In this document: positions 1 to 14,300 of the stretch, piece after piece
How the letters are laid out: each line of letters opens with the position of its first letter
Position numbering within the stretch: the first letter of the stretch is position 1
Assembly: GCA_964016885.1 (NCBI GenBank)
Contig: OZ024742.1
Span: forward strand, 331,514,001 to 331,578,000
DNA length: 64,000 bases
Source of the DNA: Eledone cirrhosa
Lineage: Eukaryota
Direction: 5' to 3'
Notes under the pieces: generated by a model
Seen by the model: only the letters and a program-made list of their open reading frames with translations
What the model was told of the DNA's origin: nothing
The model's database searches: none
Program-made: the position numbers and the translations under genes

Positions 1-30
1 AGACGAGAGGATTTAGTGGCAGTTGGGGTG

Positions 31-58
31 AACACTGAACACTGAATATTGAATATTG
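31..58 (+). repeat. Example of the internal heptamer tract (AACACTG)2(AATATTG)2 present in every monomer
   Basis: Read directly at 31-58. The heptamer count varies from 2 (59-bp units, e.g. 73-131) to 6 (87-bp unit 51016-51102). Confidence 0.97.
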
Positions 59-659
59 AAGGTTATTTTTGCAGAAGAGAGGATTTAGTGGCAGTTGGGG
101 TGAACACTGAATATTGAAGGTTATCTTTGGCAGAAGAGAGGATTTAGTGGCAGTTGGGGTGAACACTGAATATTGAATATTGAAGTTTATTTTTGAGGAA
201 GAGAGGATTTAGTGACAGTTGGGGTGAACACTGAACACTGAATATTGAATATTGAAGGTTATTGTTGCAGAAGAGAGGATTTAGTGGCAGTTGGGGTGAA
301 CACTGAACACTGAATATTGAATATTGAAGGTTATCTTTGCAGAAGAGAGGATTTAGTGGCAGCTGGGGTGAACACTGAATATTGAAGGTTCTCTTTGGCA
401 GAAGAGAGGATTTAGTGGCAGTTGGGGTGAACACTGAATATTGAATATTGAAGTTTATTTTTGCAGAAGAGAGGATTTAGTGACAGTTGGGGTGAACACT
501 GAACACTGAATATTGAATATTGAAGGTTATTTTTGCAGAAGAGAGGATTTAGTGGCAGTTGGGGTGAACATTGAACACTGAATATTGAAGGTTATTTTTG
601 CAGAAGAGAGGATTTAGTGGCAGTTGGGGTGAACACTGAACACTGATCACTGAATATTG

Positions 660-2320
660 AATATTGAAGGTTATTTTTGCAGAAGAGAGGATTTAGTGGC
701 AGTTGGGGTGAACACTGAACACTGAATATTGAATATTGAAGGTTATTTTTGCAGAAGAGAGGATTTAGTGGCAGTTGGAGTGAACACTGAACACTGAATA
801 TTGAATATTGAAGGTTATTTTTGCAGAAGAGAGGATTTAGTGGCAGTTGGGGTGAACACTGAACACTGAACACTGAATATTGAAGGTTATTTTTGCAGAA
901 GAGAGGATTTAGTGGCAGTTGGGGTGAACACTGAACACTGAATATTGAATATTGAAGGTTATTTTTGGCAGAAGAGAGGATTTAGTGGCAGTTGGGGTGA
1001 ACACTGAACACTGAATATTGAAGGTTATTTTTGCAGAAGAGAGGATTTAGTGGCAGTTGGGGTGAACACTGAACACTGATCACTGAATATTGAAGGTTAT
1101 TTTTGGCAGACGAGAGGATTTAGTGGCAGTTGGGGTGAACACTGAACACTGAATATTGAATATTGAAGGTTATTTTTGCAGAAGAGAGGATTTAGTGGCA
1201 GTTGGGGTGAACACTGAACTCTGAATATTGAATATTGAAGGTTATCTTTGCAGAAGAGAGGATTTAGTGGCAGTTGGGGTGAACACTGATCACTGAATAT
1301 TGAATATTGAAGGTTATTTTTGCAGAAGAGAGGATTTAGTGGCAGTTGGGGTGAACACAGAACACTGAATATTGAATATTGAAGGTTATTTTTGCAGAAG
1401 AGAGGATTTAGTGGCAGTTGGAGTGAACACTGAACACTGAATATTGAATATTGAAGGTTATTTTTGCAGAAGAGAGGATTTAGTGGCAGTTGGGGTGAAC
1501 ACTGAACACTGAACACTGAATATTGAAGGTTATTTTTGCAGAAGAGAGGATTTAGTGGCAGTTGGGGTGAACACTGAACACTGAATATTGAATATTGAAG
1601 GTTATTTTTGGCAGAAGAGAGGATTTAGTGGCAGTTGGGGTGAACACTGAACACTGAATATTGAAGGTTATTTTTGCAGAAGAGAGGATTTAGTGGCAGT
1701 TGGGGTGAACACTGAACACTGATCACTGAATATTGAAGGTTATTTTTGGCAGACGAGAGGATTTAGTGGCAGTTGGGGTGAACACTGAACACTGAATATT
1801 GAATATTGAAGGTTATTTTTGCAGAAGAGAGGATTTAGTGGCAGTTGGGGTGAACACTGAACTCTGAATATTGAATATTGAAGGTTATCTTTGCAGAAGA
1901 GAGGATTTAGTGGCAGTTGGGGTGAACACTGATCACTGAATATTGAATATTGAAGGTTATTTTTGCAGAAGAGAGGATTTAGTGGCAGTTGGGGTGAACA
2001 CTGAACACTGAATATTGAATATTGAAGGTTATTTTTGCTGAAGAGAGGATTTAGTGGCAGTTGGGGTGAACACTGAACACTGAACACTGAATATTGAAGG
2101 TTATTTTTGCAGAAGAGAGGATTTAGTGGCAGTTGGGGTGAACACTGAACACTGAATATTGAATATTGAAGGTTATTTTTGGCAGAAGAGAGGATTTAGT
2201 GGCAGTTGGGGTGAACACTGAACACTGAATATTGAAGGTTATTTTTGCATAAGAGAGGATTTAGTGGCAGTTGGGGTGAACACTGAACACTGATCACAGA
2301 ATATTGAAGGTTATTTTTGG
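660..2320. repeat. 9-mer/8-mer higher-order repeat (643 bp, then 571 bp)
   Basis: AGACG at 1108, 1751 and 2322; GGAGTG variant at 779 and 1422; ACTCTG at 1218 and 1861 (offset 643). 643 = 6x72+73+65+73. Confidence 0.85.
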
Positions 2321-5300
2321 CAGACGAGAGGATTTAGTGGCAGTTGGGGTGAACACTGAACACTGAATATTGAATATTGAAGGTTATTTTTGCAGAAGAG
2401 AGGATTTAGTGGCAGTTGGGGTGAACACTGAACACTGAATATTGAATATTGAAGGTTATCTTTGCAGAAGAGAGGATTTAGTGGCAGTTGGGGTGAACAC
2501 TGATCACTGAATATTGAATATTGAAGGTTATTTTTGCAGAAGAGAGGATTTAGTGGCAGTTGGGGTGAACACTGAACACTGAATATTGAATATTGAAGGT
2601 TATTTTTGCATAAGAGAGGATTTAGTGGCAGTTGGGTGAACACTGAACGCTGAACACTGAATATTGAATGTTCTTTTTGCAGAAGAGAGGATTTAGTGGC
2701 AGTTGGGGTGAACACTGAACACTGAATATTGAAGGTTATTTTTGGCAGAAGAGAGGATTTAGTGGCAGTTGGGGTGAACACTGAACACTGAATATTGAAT
2801 ATTGAAGGTTATTTTTGGCAGAAGAGAGGATTTAGTGGCAGTTGGGGTGAACACTGAACACTGAATATTGAAGGTTATTTTTGGCAGAAGATAGGATTTA
2901 GTGGCAGTTGGGGTGAACACTGAACACTGAACACTGAATATTGAAGGTTATTTTTGGCAGAAGAGAGGATTTAGTGGCAGTTGGGGTGAACACTAAACAC
3001 TGAACACTGAATATTGAAGGTTATTTTTGCAGAAGAGAGGATTTAGTGGCAGTTGGGGTGAACACTGAATATTGAAGGTTTTCTTTGGCAGAAGAGAGGA
3101 TTTAGTGGCAGTTGGGGTGAACACTGAACACTGAATATTGAAGGTTATTTTTGGCAGAAGAGAGGATTTAGTGGCAGTTGGGGTGAACACTGAATATTGA
3201 AGGTTATCTTTGGCAGAAGAGAGGATTTAGTGGCAGTTGGGCTGAACACTGAATATTGAATATTGAAGTTTATTTTTGCAGAAGAGAGGATTTAGTGACA
3301 GTTGGGGTGAACACTGAACACTGGATATTGAATATTGAAGGTTATTTTTGCAGAAGAGAGGATTTAGTGGCAGTTGGGGTGAACACTGAACACTGAATAT
3401 TGAATATTGAAGGTTATTTTTGCAGAAGAGAAGATTTAGTGGCAGTTGGGGTGAACACTGAACACTGAATATTGAATATTGAAGGTTATTTTTGCAGAAG
3501 AGTGGATTTAGTGGCAGTTGGGGTGAACAATGAACACTGAACAATAATATTGAAGGTTATTTTTGCAGAAGAGAGGATTTAGTGGCAGTTGGGGTGAACA
3601 CTGAACACTGAATATTGAATATTGAAGGTTATTTTTGGCAGAAGAGAGGATTTAGTGGCAGTTGGGGTGAACACTGAACACTGATCACTGAATATTGAAG
3701 GTTATTTTTGGCAGACGAGAGGATTTAGTGGCAGTTGGGGTGAACACTGAACACTGAATATTGAATATTGAAGGTTATTTTTGCAGAAGAGAGGATTTAG
3801 TGGCAGTTGGGGTGAACACTGAACACTGAATATTGAATATTGAAGGTTATCTTTGCAGAAGAGAGGATTTAGTGGCAGTTGGGGTGAACACTGAATATTG
3901 AAGGTTATCTTTGGCAGAAGAGAGGATTTAGTGGCAGTTGGGGTGAACACTGAATATTGAATATTGAAGTTTATTTTTGAGGAAGAGAGGATTTAGTGAC
4001 AGTTGGGGTGAACACTGAACACTGAATATTGAATATTGAAGGTTATTGTTGCAGAAGAGAGGATTTAGTGGCAGTTGGGCTGAACACTGAACACTGAATA
4101 TTGAAGGTTATTTTTGCAGAAGAGAGCATTTAGTGGCAGTTGGGGTGAACACTGAACACTGATCACTGAATATTGAAGGTTATTTTTGGCAGACGAGAGG
4201 ATTTAGTGGCAGTTGGGGTGAACACTGAACACTGAATATTGAATATTGAAGGTTATTTTTGCAGAAGAGAGGATTTAGTGGCAGTTGGGGTGAACACTGA
4301 ACACTGAATATTGAATATTGAAGGTTATCTTTGCAGAAGAGAGGATTTAGTGGCAGCTGGGGTGAACACTGAATATTGAAGGTTATCTTTGGCAGAAGAG
4401 AGGATTTAGTGGCAGTTGGGGTGAACACTGAATATTGATTATTGAAGTTTATTTTTGCAGAAGAGAGGATTTAGTGACAGTTGGGGTGAACACTGAACAC
4501 TGAATATTGAATATTGAAGGTTATTTTTGCAGAAGAGAGGATTTAGTGGCAGTTGGGGTGAACATTGAACACTGAATATTGAAGGTTATTTTTGCAGAAG
4601 AGAGGATTTAGTGGCAGTTGGGGTGAACACTGAACACTGATCACTGAATATTGAATATTGAAGGTTATTTTTGCAGAAGAGAGGATTTAGTGGCAGTTGG
4701 GGTGAACACTGAACACTGAATATTGAATATTGAAGGTTATTTTTGCAGAAGAGAGGATTTAGTGGCAGTTGGGGTGAACACTGAACACTGAATATTGAAT
4801 ATTGAAGGTTATTTTTGCAGAAGAGAGGATTTAGTGGCAGTTGGGGTGAACACTGAACACTGAACACTGGATATTGAAGGTTATTTTTGCAGAAGAGAGG
4901 ATTTAGTGGCAGTTGGGGTGAACACTGAACACTGAATATTGAATATTGAAGGTTATTTTTGGCAGAAGAGAGGATTTAGTGGCAGTTGGGGTGAACACTG
5001 AACACTGATCACTGAATATTGAAGGTTATTTTTGGCAGACGAGAGGATTTAGTGGCAGTTGGGGTGAACACTGAACACTGAATATTGAATATTGAAGGTT
5101 ATTTTTGCAGAAGAGAGGATTTAGTGGCAGTTGGGGTGAACACTGAACTCTGAATATTGAATATTGAAGGTTATCTTTGCAGAAGAGAGGATTTAGTGGC
5201 AGTTGGGGTGAACACTGATCACTGAATATTGAATATTGAAGGTTATTTTTGCAGAAGAGAGGATTTAGTGGCAGTTGGGGTGAACACTGAACACTGAATA

Positions 5301-8300
5301 TTGAATATTGAAGGTTATTTTTGCAGAAGAGAGGATTTAGTGGCAGTTGGGGTGAACACTGAACACTGAACACTGAATATTGAAGGTTATTTTTGCAGAA
5401 GAGAGGATTTAGTGGCAGTTGGGGTGAACACTGAACACTGAATATTGAATATTGAAGGTTATTTTTGGCAGAAGAGAGGATTTAGTGGCAGTTGGGGTGA
5501 ACACTGAACACTGAATATTGAAGGTTATTTTTGCAGAAGAGAGGATTTAGTGGCAGTTGGGGTGAACACTGAACACTGATCACAGAATATTGAAGGTTAT
5601 TTTTGGCAGACGAGAGGATTTAGTGGCAGTTGGGGTGAACACTGAACACTGAATATTGAATATTGAAGGTTATTTTTGCAGAAGAGAGGATTTAGTGGCA
5701 GTTGGGGTGAACACTGAACACTGAATATTGAATATTGAAGGTTATCTTTGCAGAAGAGAGGATTTAGTGGCAGTTGGGGTGAACACTGATCACTGAATAT
5801 TGAATATTGAAGGTTATTTTTGCAGAAGAGAGGATTTAGTGGCAGTTGGGGTGAACACTGAACACTGAATATTGAATATTGAAGGTTATTTTTGCATAAG
5901 AGAGGATTTAGTGGCAGTTGGGTGAACACTGAACGCTGAACACTGAATATTGAATGTTCTTTTTGCAGAAGAGAGGATTTAGTGGCAGTTGGGGTGAACA
6001 CTGAACACTGAATATTGAAGGTTATTTTTGGCAGAAGAGAGGATTTAGTGGCAGTTGGGGTGAACACTGAACACTGAATATTGAATATTGAAGGTTATTT
6101 TTGGCAGAAGAGAGGATTTAGTGGCTGTTGGGGTGAACACTGAACACTGATTATTGAAGGTTATTTTTCGCAAAAGAGAGGATTTAGTGGCAGTTTGGGT
6201 GAGCACTGAACACTGAATATTGAATATTGAAGGTTATTTTTGGCAGAAGAGAGGATTTAGTGGCAGTTGGGGTGAACACTGAACACTGAATATTGAAGGT
6301 TATTTTTGGCAGAGGATAGGATTTAGTGGCAGTTGGGGTGAACACTGAACACTGAACACTGAATATTGAAGGTTATTTTTGGCAGAAGAGAGGATTTAGT
6401 GGCAGTTGGGGTGAACACTAAACACTGAACACTGAATATTGAAGGTTATTTTTGCAGAAGAGAGGATTTAGTGGCTGTTGGGGTGAACACTGAACACTGA
6501 ACACTGAATATTGAAGGTTATTTTTGGCAGAAGAGAGGATTTAGTGGCATTTGGGGTGAACACTGAACACTGAACACTGAACACTGAATATTGAAGCTTA
6601 TTTTTGGCAGAAGAGAGGATTTGGTGGCATTTGGGGTGAACACTGAACACTGAACACTGAACACTGAATATTGAAGGTTATCTTTGGCAGAAGAGAGGAT
6701 TTAGTGGCAGTTGGGGTGAACACTGAATATTGAATATTGAAGTTTATTTTTGCAGAAGAGAGGATTTAGTGACAGTTGGGGTGAACACTGAACACTGAAT
6801 ATTGAATATTGAAGGTTATTTTTGCAGAAGAGAGGATTTAGTGGCAGTTGGGGTGAACAATGAACACTGAACACTGAATATTGAAGGTTATTTTCGCAGA
6901 AGAGAGGATTTAGTGGCAGTTGGGGTGAACACTGAACACTGAATATTGAATATTGAAGGTTATCTTTGCAGAAGAGAGGAGTTAGTGGCAGTTGGGGTGA
7001 ACACTGAACACTGAACACTGAATATTGAAGGTTATTTCTGGCAGAAGAGAGGATTTAGTGGCAGTTAGGGTGAACACTGAACACTGAATATTGAATATTG
7101 AAGGTTATTTTTGGCAGAAGAGAGGATTTAGTGGCAGTTGGGGTGAACACTGAACACTGAATATTGAAGGTTATTTTTGCAGAAGAGTGGATTTAGTGGC
7201 AGTTGGGGTGAACACTGAACACTGATCACTGAATATTGAAGGTTATTTTTGGCAGACGAGAATATTTAGTGGCAGTTGGGGTGAACACTGAACACTGAAT
7301 ATTGAATATTGAAGGTTATTTTTGCAGAAGAGAGGATTTAGTGGCAGTTGGGGTAAACACTGAACACTGAATATTGAATATTGAAGGTTATCTTTGCAGA
7401 AGAGAGGATTTAGTGGCAGTTGGGGTGAACACTGATCACTGAATATTGAATATTGAAGGTTATTTTTGCAGAAGAGATGATTTAGTGGCAGTTGGGGTGA
7501 ACACTGAACACTGAATATTGAATATTGAAGGTTATTTTTGCATAAGAGAGGATTTAGTGGCAGTTGGGGGAACACTGCACGCTGAACACTGAATATTGAA
7601 GGTTCTTTTTGCAGAAGAGAGGATTTAGTGGCAGTTGGGGTGAACACTGAACACTGAATATTGAAGGTTATTTTTGCAGAAGAGAGGATTAGTGGCAGTT
7701 GGGGTTAACACTGAACACTGAATATTGAATATTGAAGGTTATTTTTGCAGAAGAGAGGATTTAGTGGCTGTTGGGGTGAACACTGAACACTGAATATTGA
7801 ATATTAAAGGTTATTTTTGCAGAAGAGAGGATTTAGTGGCAGTTGGGATGAACACTGAACACTGAATATTGAATATTGAAGGTTATTTTTGCAGAAGAGA
7901 GGATTTAGTGGCAGTTGGGGTGAACACTGAACACTGAATATTGAATATTGAAGGTTATTTTTGCAGAAGAGAGGATTTAGTGGCAGTTGGGGTGAACACT
8001 GAACACTGAATATTGAATATTGAAGGTTATTTTTGGCAGAAGAGAGGATTTAGTGGCAGTTGGGGTGAACACTGAACACTGAATATTGAAGGTTATTTTT
8101 GCAGAAGAGAGGATTTAGTGGCAGTTGGGGTGAACACTGAACACTGATCACCGAATATTGAAGGTTATTTTTGGCAGACGAGAGGATTTAGTGGCAGTTG
8201 GGGTGAACACTGAACACTGAATATTGAATATTGAAGGTTATTTTTGCAGAAGAGAGGATTTAGTGGCAGTTGGGGTGAACACTGAACTCTGAATATTGAA

Positions 8301-11300
8301 ATATTGAAGGTTATCTTTGCAGAAGAGAGGATTTAGTGGCAGTTGGGGTGAACACTGATCACTGAATATTGAATATTGAAGGTTATTTTTGCAGAAGAGA
8401 GGATTTAGTGGCAGTTGGGGTGAACACTGAACACTGAATATTGAATATTGAAGGTTATTTTTGCAGAAGAGAGGATTTAGTGGCAGTTGGGGTGAACACT
8501 GAACACTGACCACTGAATATTGAAGGTTATTTTTGCAGAAGAGAGGATTTAGTGGCAGTTGGGGTGAATACTGAACACTGAATATTGAATATTGAAGGTT
8601 ATTTTTGGCAGAAGAGAGGATTTAGTGGCAGTTGGGGTGAACACTGAACACTGAATATTGAAGGTTATTTTTGCAGAAGAGAGGATTTAGTGGCAGTTGG
8701 GGTGAACACTGAACACTGATCACTGAATATTGAAGGTTATTTTTGGCAGACGAGAGGATTTAGTGGCAGTTGGGGTGAACACTGAACACTGAATATTGAA
8801 TATTGAAGGTTATTTTTGCAGAAGAGAGGATTTAGTGGCAGTTGGGGTGAACACAGAACACTGAATATTGAATATTGAAGGTTATCTTTGCAGAAGAGAG
8901 GATTTAGTGGCAGTTGGGGTGAACACTGATCACTGAATATTGAATATTGAAGGTTATTTTTGCAGAAGAGAGGATTTAGTGGCAGTTGGGGTGAACACTG
9001 AACACTGAATATTGAATATTGAAGGTTATTTTTGCATAAGAGAGGATTTAGTGGCAGTTGGGTGAACACTGAACGCTGAACACTGAATATTGAATGTTCT
9101 TTTTGCAGAAGAGAGGATTTAGTGGCAGTTGGGGTGAACACTGAACACTGAATATTGAAGGTTATTTTTGGCAGAAGAGAGGATTTAGTGGCAGTTTGGG
9201 TGAGCACTGAACACTGAACACTGAATATTGAAGGTTATTTTTGGCAGAAGAGAGGATTTAGTGGCAGTTGGGCTGAACACTATACACTGAACACTGAATA
9301 TTGAAGGTTATTTTTGCAGAAGAGAGGATTTAGTGGCAGTTGGGGTGAACACTGAACACTGAACACTGAATATTGAAGGTTATTTTTGGCAGAAGAGAGG
9401 ATTTAGTGGCATTTGGGGTGAACACTGAACACTGAACACTGAACACTAAATATTGAAGGTTATTTTTGGCAGAAGAGAGGATTTAGTGGCATTTGGGGTG
9501 AACACTGAACACTGAACACTGAACACTGAATATTGAAGGTTATCTTTGGCAGAAGAGAGGATTTAGTGGCAGTTGGGGTGAACACTGAATATTGAATATT
9601 GAAGTTTATTTTTGCAGAAGAGAGGATCTAGTGACAGTTGGGGTGAACACTGAACACTGAATATTGAATATTGAAGGTTATTTTTGCAGAAGAGAGGATT
9701 TAGTGGCAGTTGGGGTGAACACTGAACACTGATTATTGAAGGTTATTTTTCGCAAAAGAGAGGATTTAGTGGCAGTTTGGGTGAGCACTGAACACTGAAT
9801 ATTGAATATTGAAGGTTATTTTTGGCAGAAGAGAGGATTTAGTGGCAGTTGGGGTGAACACTGAACACTGAATATTGAAGGTTATTTTTGGCAGAAGATA
9901 GGATTTAGTGGCAGTTGGGGTGAACACTGAACACTGAACACTGAATATTGAAGGTTATTTTTGGCAGAAGAGAGGATTTAGTGGCAGTTGGGGTGAACAC
10001 TAAACACTGAACACTGAATATTGAAGGTTATTTTTGCAGAAGAGAGGATTTAGTGGCGGTTGGGGTGAACACTGAACACTGAACACTGAACACTGAATAT
10101 TGAAGGTTATTTTTGGCAGAAGAGAGGATTTAGTGGCATTTGGGGTGAACACTGAACACTGAACACTGAACACTGAATATTGAAGGTTATCTTTGGCAGA
10201 AGAGAGGATTTAGTGGCAGTTGGGGTGAACACTGAATATTGAATATTGAAGTTTATTTTTGCAGAAGAGAGGATTTAGTGACAGTTGGGGTGAACACTGA
10301 ACACTGAATATTGAATATTGAAGGTTATTTTTGCAGAAGAGAGGATTTAGTGGCAGTTGGAGTGAACACTGAACACTGAATATTGAATATTGAAGGTTAT
10401 TTTTGCAGAAGAGAGGATTTAGTGGCAGTTGGGGTGAACAATGAACACTGAACACTGAATATTGAAGGTTATTTTTGCAGAAGAGAGGATTTAGTGGCAG
10501 TTGGGGTGAACACTGAACACTGAATATTGAATATTGAAGGTTATCTTTGCAGAAGAGAGGATTTAGTGGCAGTTGGGGTGAACACTGAACACTGAACACT
10601 GAATATTGAAGGTTATTTCTGGCAGAAGAGAGGATTTAGTGGCAGTTAGGGTGAACACTGAACACTGAATATTGAATATTGAAGGTTACTTTTGGCAGAA
10701 GAGAGGATTTAGTGGCAGTTGGGGTGAACACTGAACACTGAATATTGAAGGTTATTTTTGCAGAAGAGTGGATTTAGTGGCAGTTGGGGTGAACACTGAA
10801 CACTGATCACTGAATATTGAAGGTTATTTTTGGCAGACGAGAGGATTTAGTGGCAGTTGGGGTGAACACTGAACACTGAATATTGAATATTGAAGGTTAT
10901 CTTTGCAGAAGAGAGGATTTAGTGGCATTTGGGGTGAACACTGAACACTGAACACTGAATATTGAAGGTTATTTCTGGCAGAAGAGAGGATTTAGTGGCA
11001 GTTAGGGTGAACACTGAACACTGAATATTGAATATTGAAGGTTATTTTTGGCAGAAGAGAGGATTTAGTGGCAGTTGGGGTGAACACTGAACACTGAATA
11101 TTGAAGGTTATTTTTGCAGAAGAGTGGATTTAGTGGCAGTTGGGGTGAACACTGAACACTGATCACTGAATATTGAAGGTTATTTTTGGCAGACGAGAAG
11201 ATTTAGTGGCAGTTGGGGTGAACACTGAACACTGAATATTGAATATTGAAGGTTATTTTTGCAGAAGAGAGGATTTAGTGGCAGTTGGGGTAAACACTGA

Positions 11301-14300
11301 ACACTGAATATTGAATATTGAAGGTTATCTTTGCAGAAGAGAGGATTTAGTGGCAGTTGGGGTGAACACTGATCACTGAATATTGAATATTGAAGGTTAT
11401 TTTTGCAGAAGAGATGATTTAGTGGCAGTTGGGGTGAACACTGAACACTGAATATTGAATATTGAAGGTTATTTTTGCATAAGAGAGGATTTAGTGGCAG
11501 TTGGGTGAACACTGCACGCTGAACACTGAATATTGAAGGTACTTTTTGCAGAAGAGAGGATTTAGTGGCAGTTGGGGTTAACACTGAACACTGAATATTG
11601 AATATTGAAGGTTATTTTTGCAGAAGAGAGGATTTAGTGGCTGTTGGGGTGAACACTGAACACTGAATATTGAATATTGAAGGTTATTTTTGCAGAAGAG
11701 AGGATTTAGTGGCAGTTGGGATGAACACTGAACACTGAATATTGAATATTGAAGGTTATTTTTGCAGAAGAGAGGATTTAGTGGCAGTTGGGGTGAACAC
11801 TGAACACTGAATATTGAATATTGAAGGTTATTTTTGGCAGAAGAGAGGATTTAGTGGCAGTTGGGGTGAACACTGAACACTGAATATTGAAGGTTATTTT
11901 TGCAGAAGAGAGGATTTAGTGGCAGTTGGGGTGAACACTGAACACTGATCACTGAATATTGAAGGTTATTTTTGGCAGACGAGAGGATTTAGTGGCAGTT
12001 GGGGTGAACACTGAACACTGAATATTGAATATTGAAGGTTATTTTTGCAGAAGAGAGGATTTAGTGGCAGTTGGGGTGAACACTGAACTCTGAATATTGA
12101 ATATTGAAGGTTATCTTTGCAGAAGAGAGGATTTAGTGGCAGTTGGGGTGAACACTGATCACTGAATATTGAATATTGAAGGTTATTTTTGCAGAAGAGA
12201 GGATTTAGTGGCAGTTGGGGTGAACACTGAACACTGAATATTGAATATTGAAGGTTATTTTTGCAGAAGAGAGGATTTAGTGGCAGTTGGGGTGAACACT
12301 GAACACTGAACACTGAATATTGAAGGTTATTTTTGCAGAAGAGAGGATTTAGTGGCAGTTGGGGTGAATACTGAACACTGAATATTGAATATTGAAGGTT
12401 ATTTTTGGCAGAAGAGAGGATTTAGTGGCAGTTGGGGTGAACACTGAACACTGAATATTGAAGGTTATTTTTGCAGAAGAGAGGATTTAGTGGCAGTTGG
12501 GGTGAACACTGAACACTGATCACTGAATATTGAAGGTTATTTTTGGCAGACGAGAGGATTTAGTGGCAGTTGGGGTGAACACTGAACACTGAATATTGAA
12601 TATTGAAGGTTATTTTTGCAGAAGAGAGGATTTAGTGGCAGTTGGGGTGAACACAGAACACTGAATATTGAATATTGAAGGTTATCTTTGCAGAAGAGAG
12701 GATTTAGTGGCAGTTGGGGTGAACACTGATCACTGAATATTGAATATTGAAGGTTATTTTTGCAGAAGAGAGGATTTAGTGGCAGTTGGGGTGAACACTG
12801 AACACTGAATATTGAATATTGAAGGTTATTTTTGCATAAGAGAGGATTTAGTGGCAGTTGGGTGAACACTGAACGCTGAACACTGAATATTGAATGTTCT
12901 TTTTGCAGAAGAGAGGATTTAGTGGCAGTTGGGGTGAACACTGAACACTGAATATTGAAGGTTATTTTTGGCAGAAGAGAGGATTTAGTGGCAGTTTGGG
13001 TGAGCACTGAACACTGAACACTGAATATTGAAGGTTATTTTTGGCAGAAGAGAGGATTTAGTGGCAGTTGGGCTGAACACTAAACACTGAACACTGAATA
13101 TTGAAGGTTATTTTTGCAGAAGAGAGGATTTAGTGGCAGTTGGGGTGAACACTGAACACTGAACACTGAATATTGAAGGTTATTTTTGGCACAAGAGAGG
13201 ATTTAGTGGCATTTGGGGTGAACACTGAACACTGAACACTGAACACTAAATATTGAAGGTTATTTTTGGCAGAAGAGAGGATTTAGTGGCATTTGGGGTG
13301 AACACTGAACACTGAACACTGAACACTGAATATTGAAGGTTATCTTTGGCAGAAGAGAGGATTTAGTGGCAGTTGGGGTGAACACTGAATATTGAATATT
13401 GAAGTTTATTTTTGCAGAAGAGAGGATCTAGTGACAGTTGGGGTGAACACTGAACACTGAATATTGAATATTGAAGGTTATTCTTGCAGAAGAGAGGATT
13501 TAGTGGCAGTTGGGGTGAACACTGAACACTGAATATTGAAGGTTATCTTTGGCAGAAGAGAGGATTTAGTGGCAGTTGGGGTGAACACTGAACACTGAAT
13601 ATTGAATATTGAAGGTTATTTTTGGCAGAAGAGAGGATTTAGTGGCAGTTGGGGTGAACACTGAACACTGATTATTGAAGGTTATTTTTCGCAAAAGAGA
13701 GGATTTAGTGGCAGTTTGGGTGAGCACTGAACACTGAATATTGAATATTGAAGGTTATTTTTGGCAGAAGAGAGGATTTAGTGGCAGTTGGGGTGAACAC
13801 TGAACACTGAATATTGAAGGTTATTTTTGGCAGAAGATAGGATTTAGTGGCAGTTGGGGTGAACACTGAACACTGAACAATGAATATTGAAGGTTATTTT
13901 TGGCAGAAGAGAGGATTTAGTGGCAGTTGGGGTGAACACTAAACACTGAACACTGAATATTGAAGGTTATTTTTGCAGAAGAGAGGATTTAGTGGCAGTT
14001 GGGGTGAACACTGAACACTGAACACTGAATATTGAAGGTTATTTTTGGCAGAAGAGAGGATTTAGTGGCATTTGGGGTGAACACTGAACACTGAACACTG
14101 AACACTGAATATTGAAGGTTATTTTTGGCAGAAGAGAGGATTTAGTGGCATTTGGGGTGAACACTGAACACTGAACACTGAACACTGAATATTGAAGGTT
14201 ATCTTTGGCAGAAGAGAGGATTTAGTGGCAGTTGGGGTGAACACTGAATATTGAATATTGAAGTTTATTTTTGCAGAAGAGAGGATTTAGTGACAGTTGG

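Noticed and set aside
28-146. Splice-like signals on the + strand (GG|GTGAAC ... TTATTTTTGCAG|A) that would put all length variation in a short 'intron'
   Set aside because: The implied exon is 25 nt, so the frame rotates and hits the TAG in ATTTAG every third exon. The donor is weak and there is no evidence of transcription.
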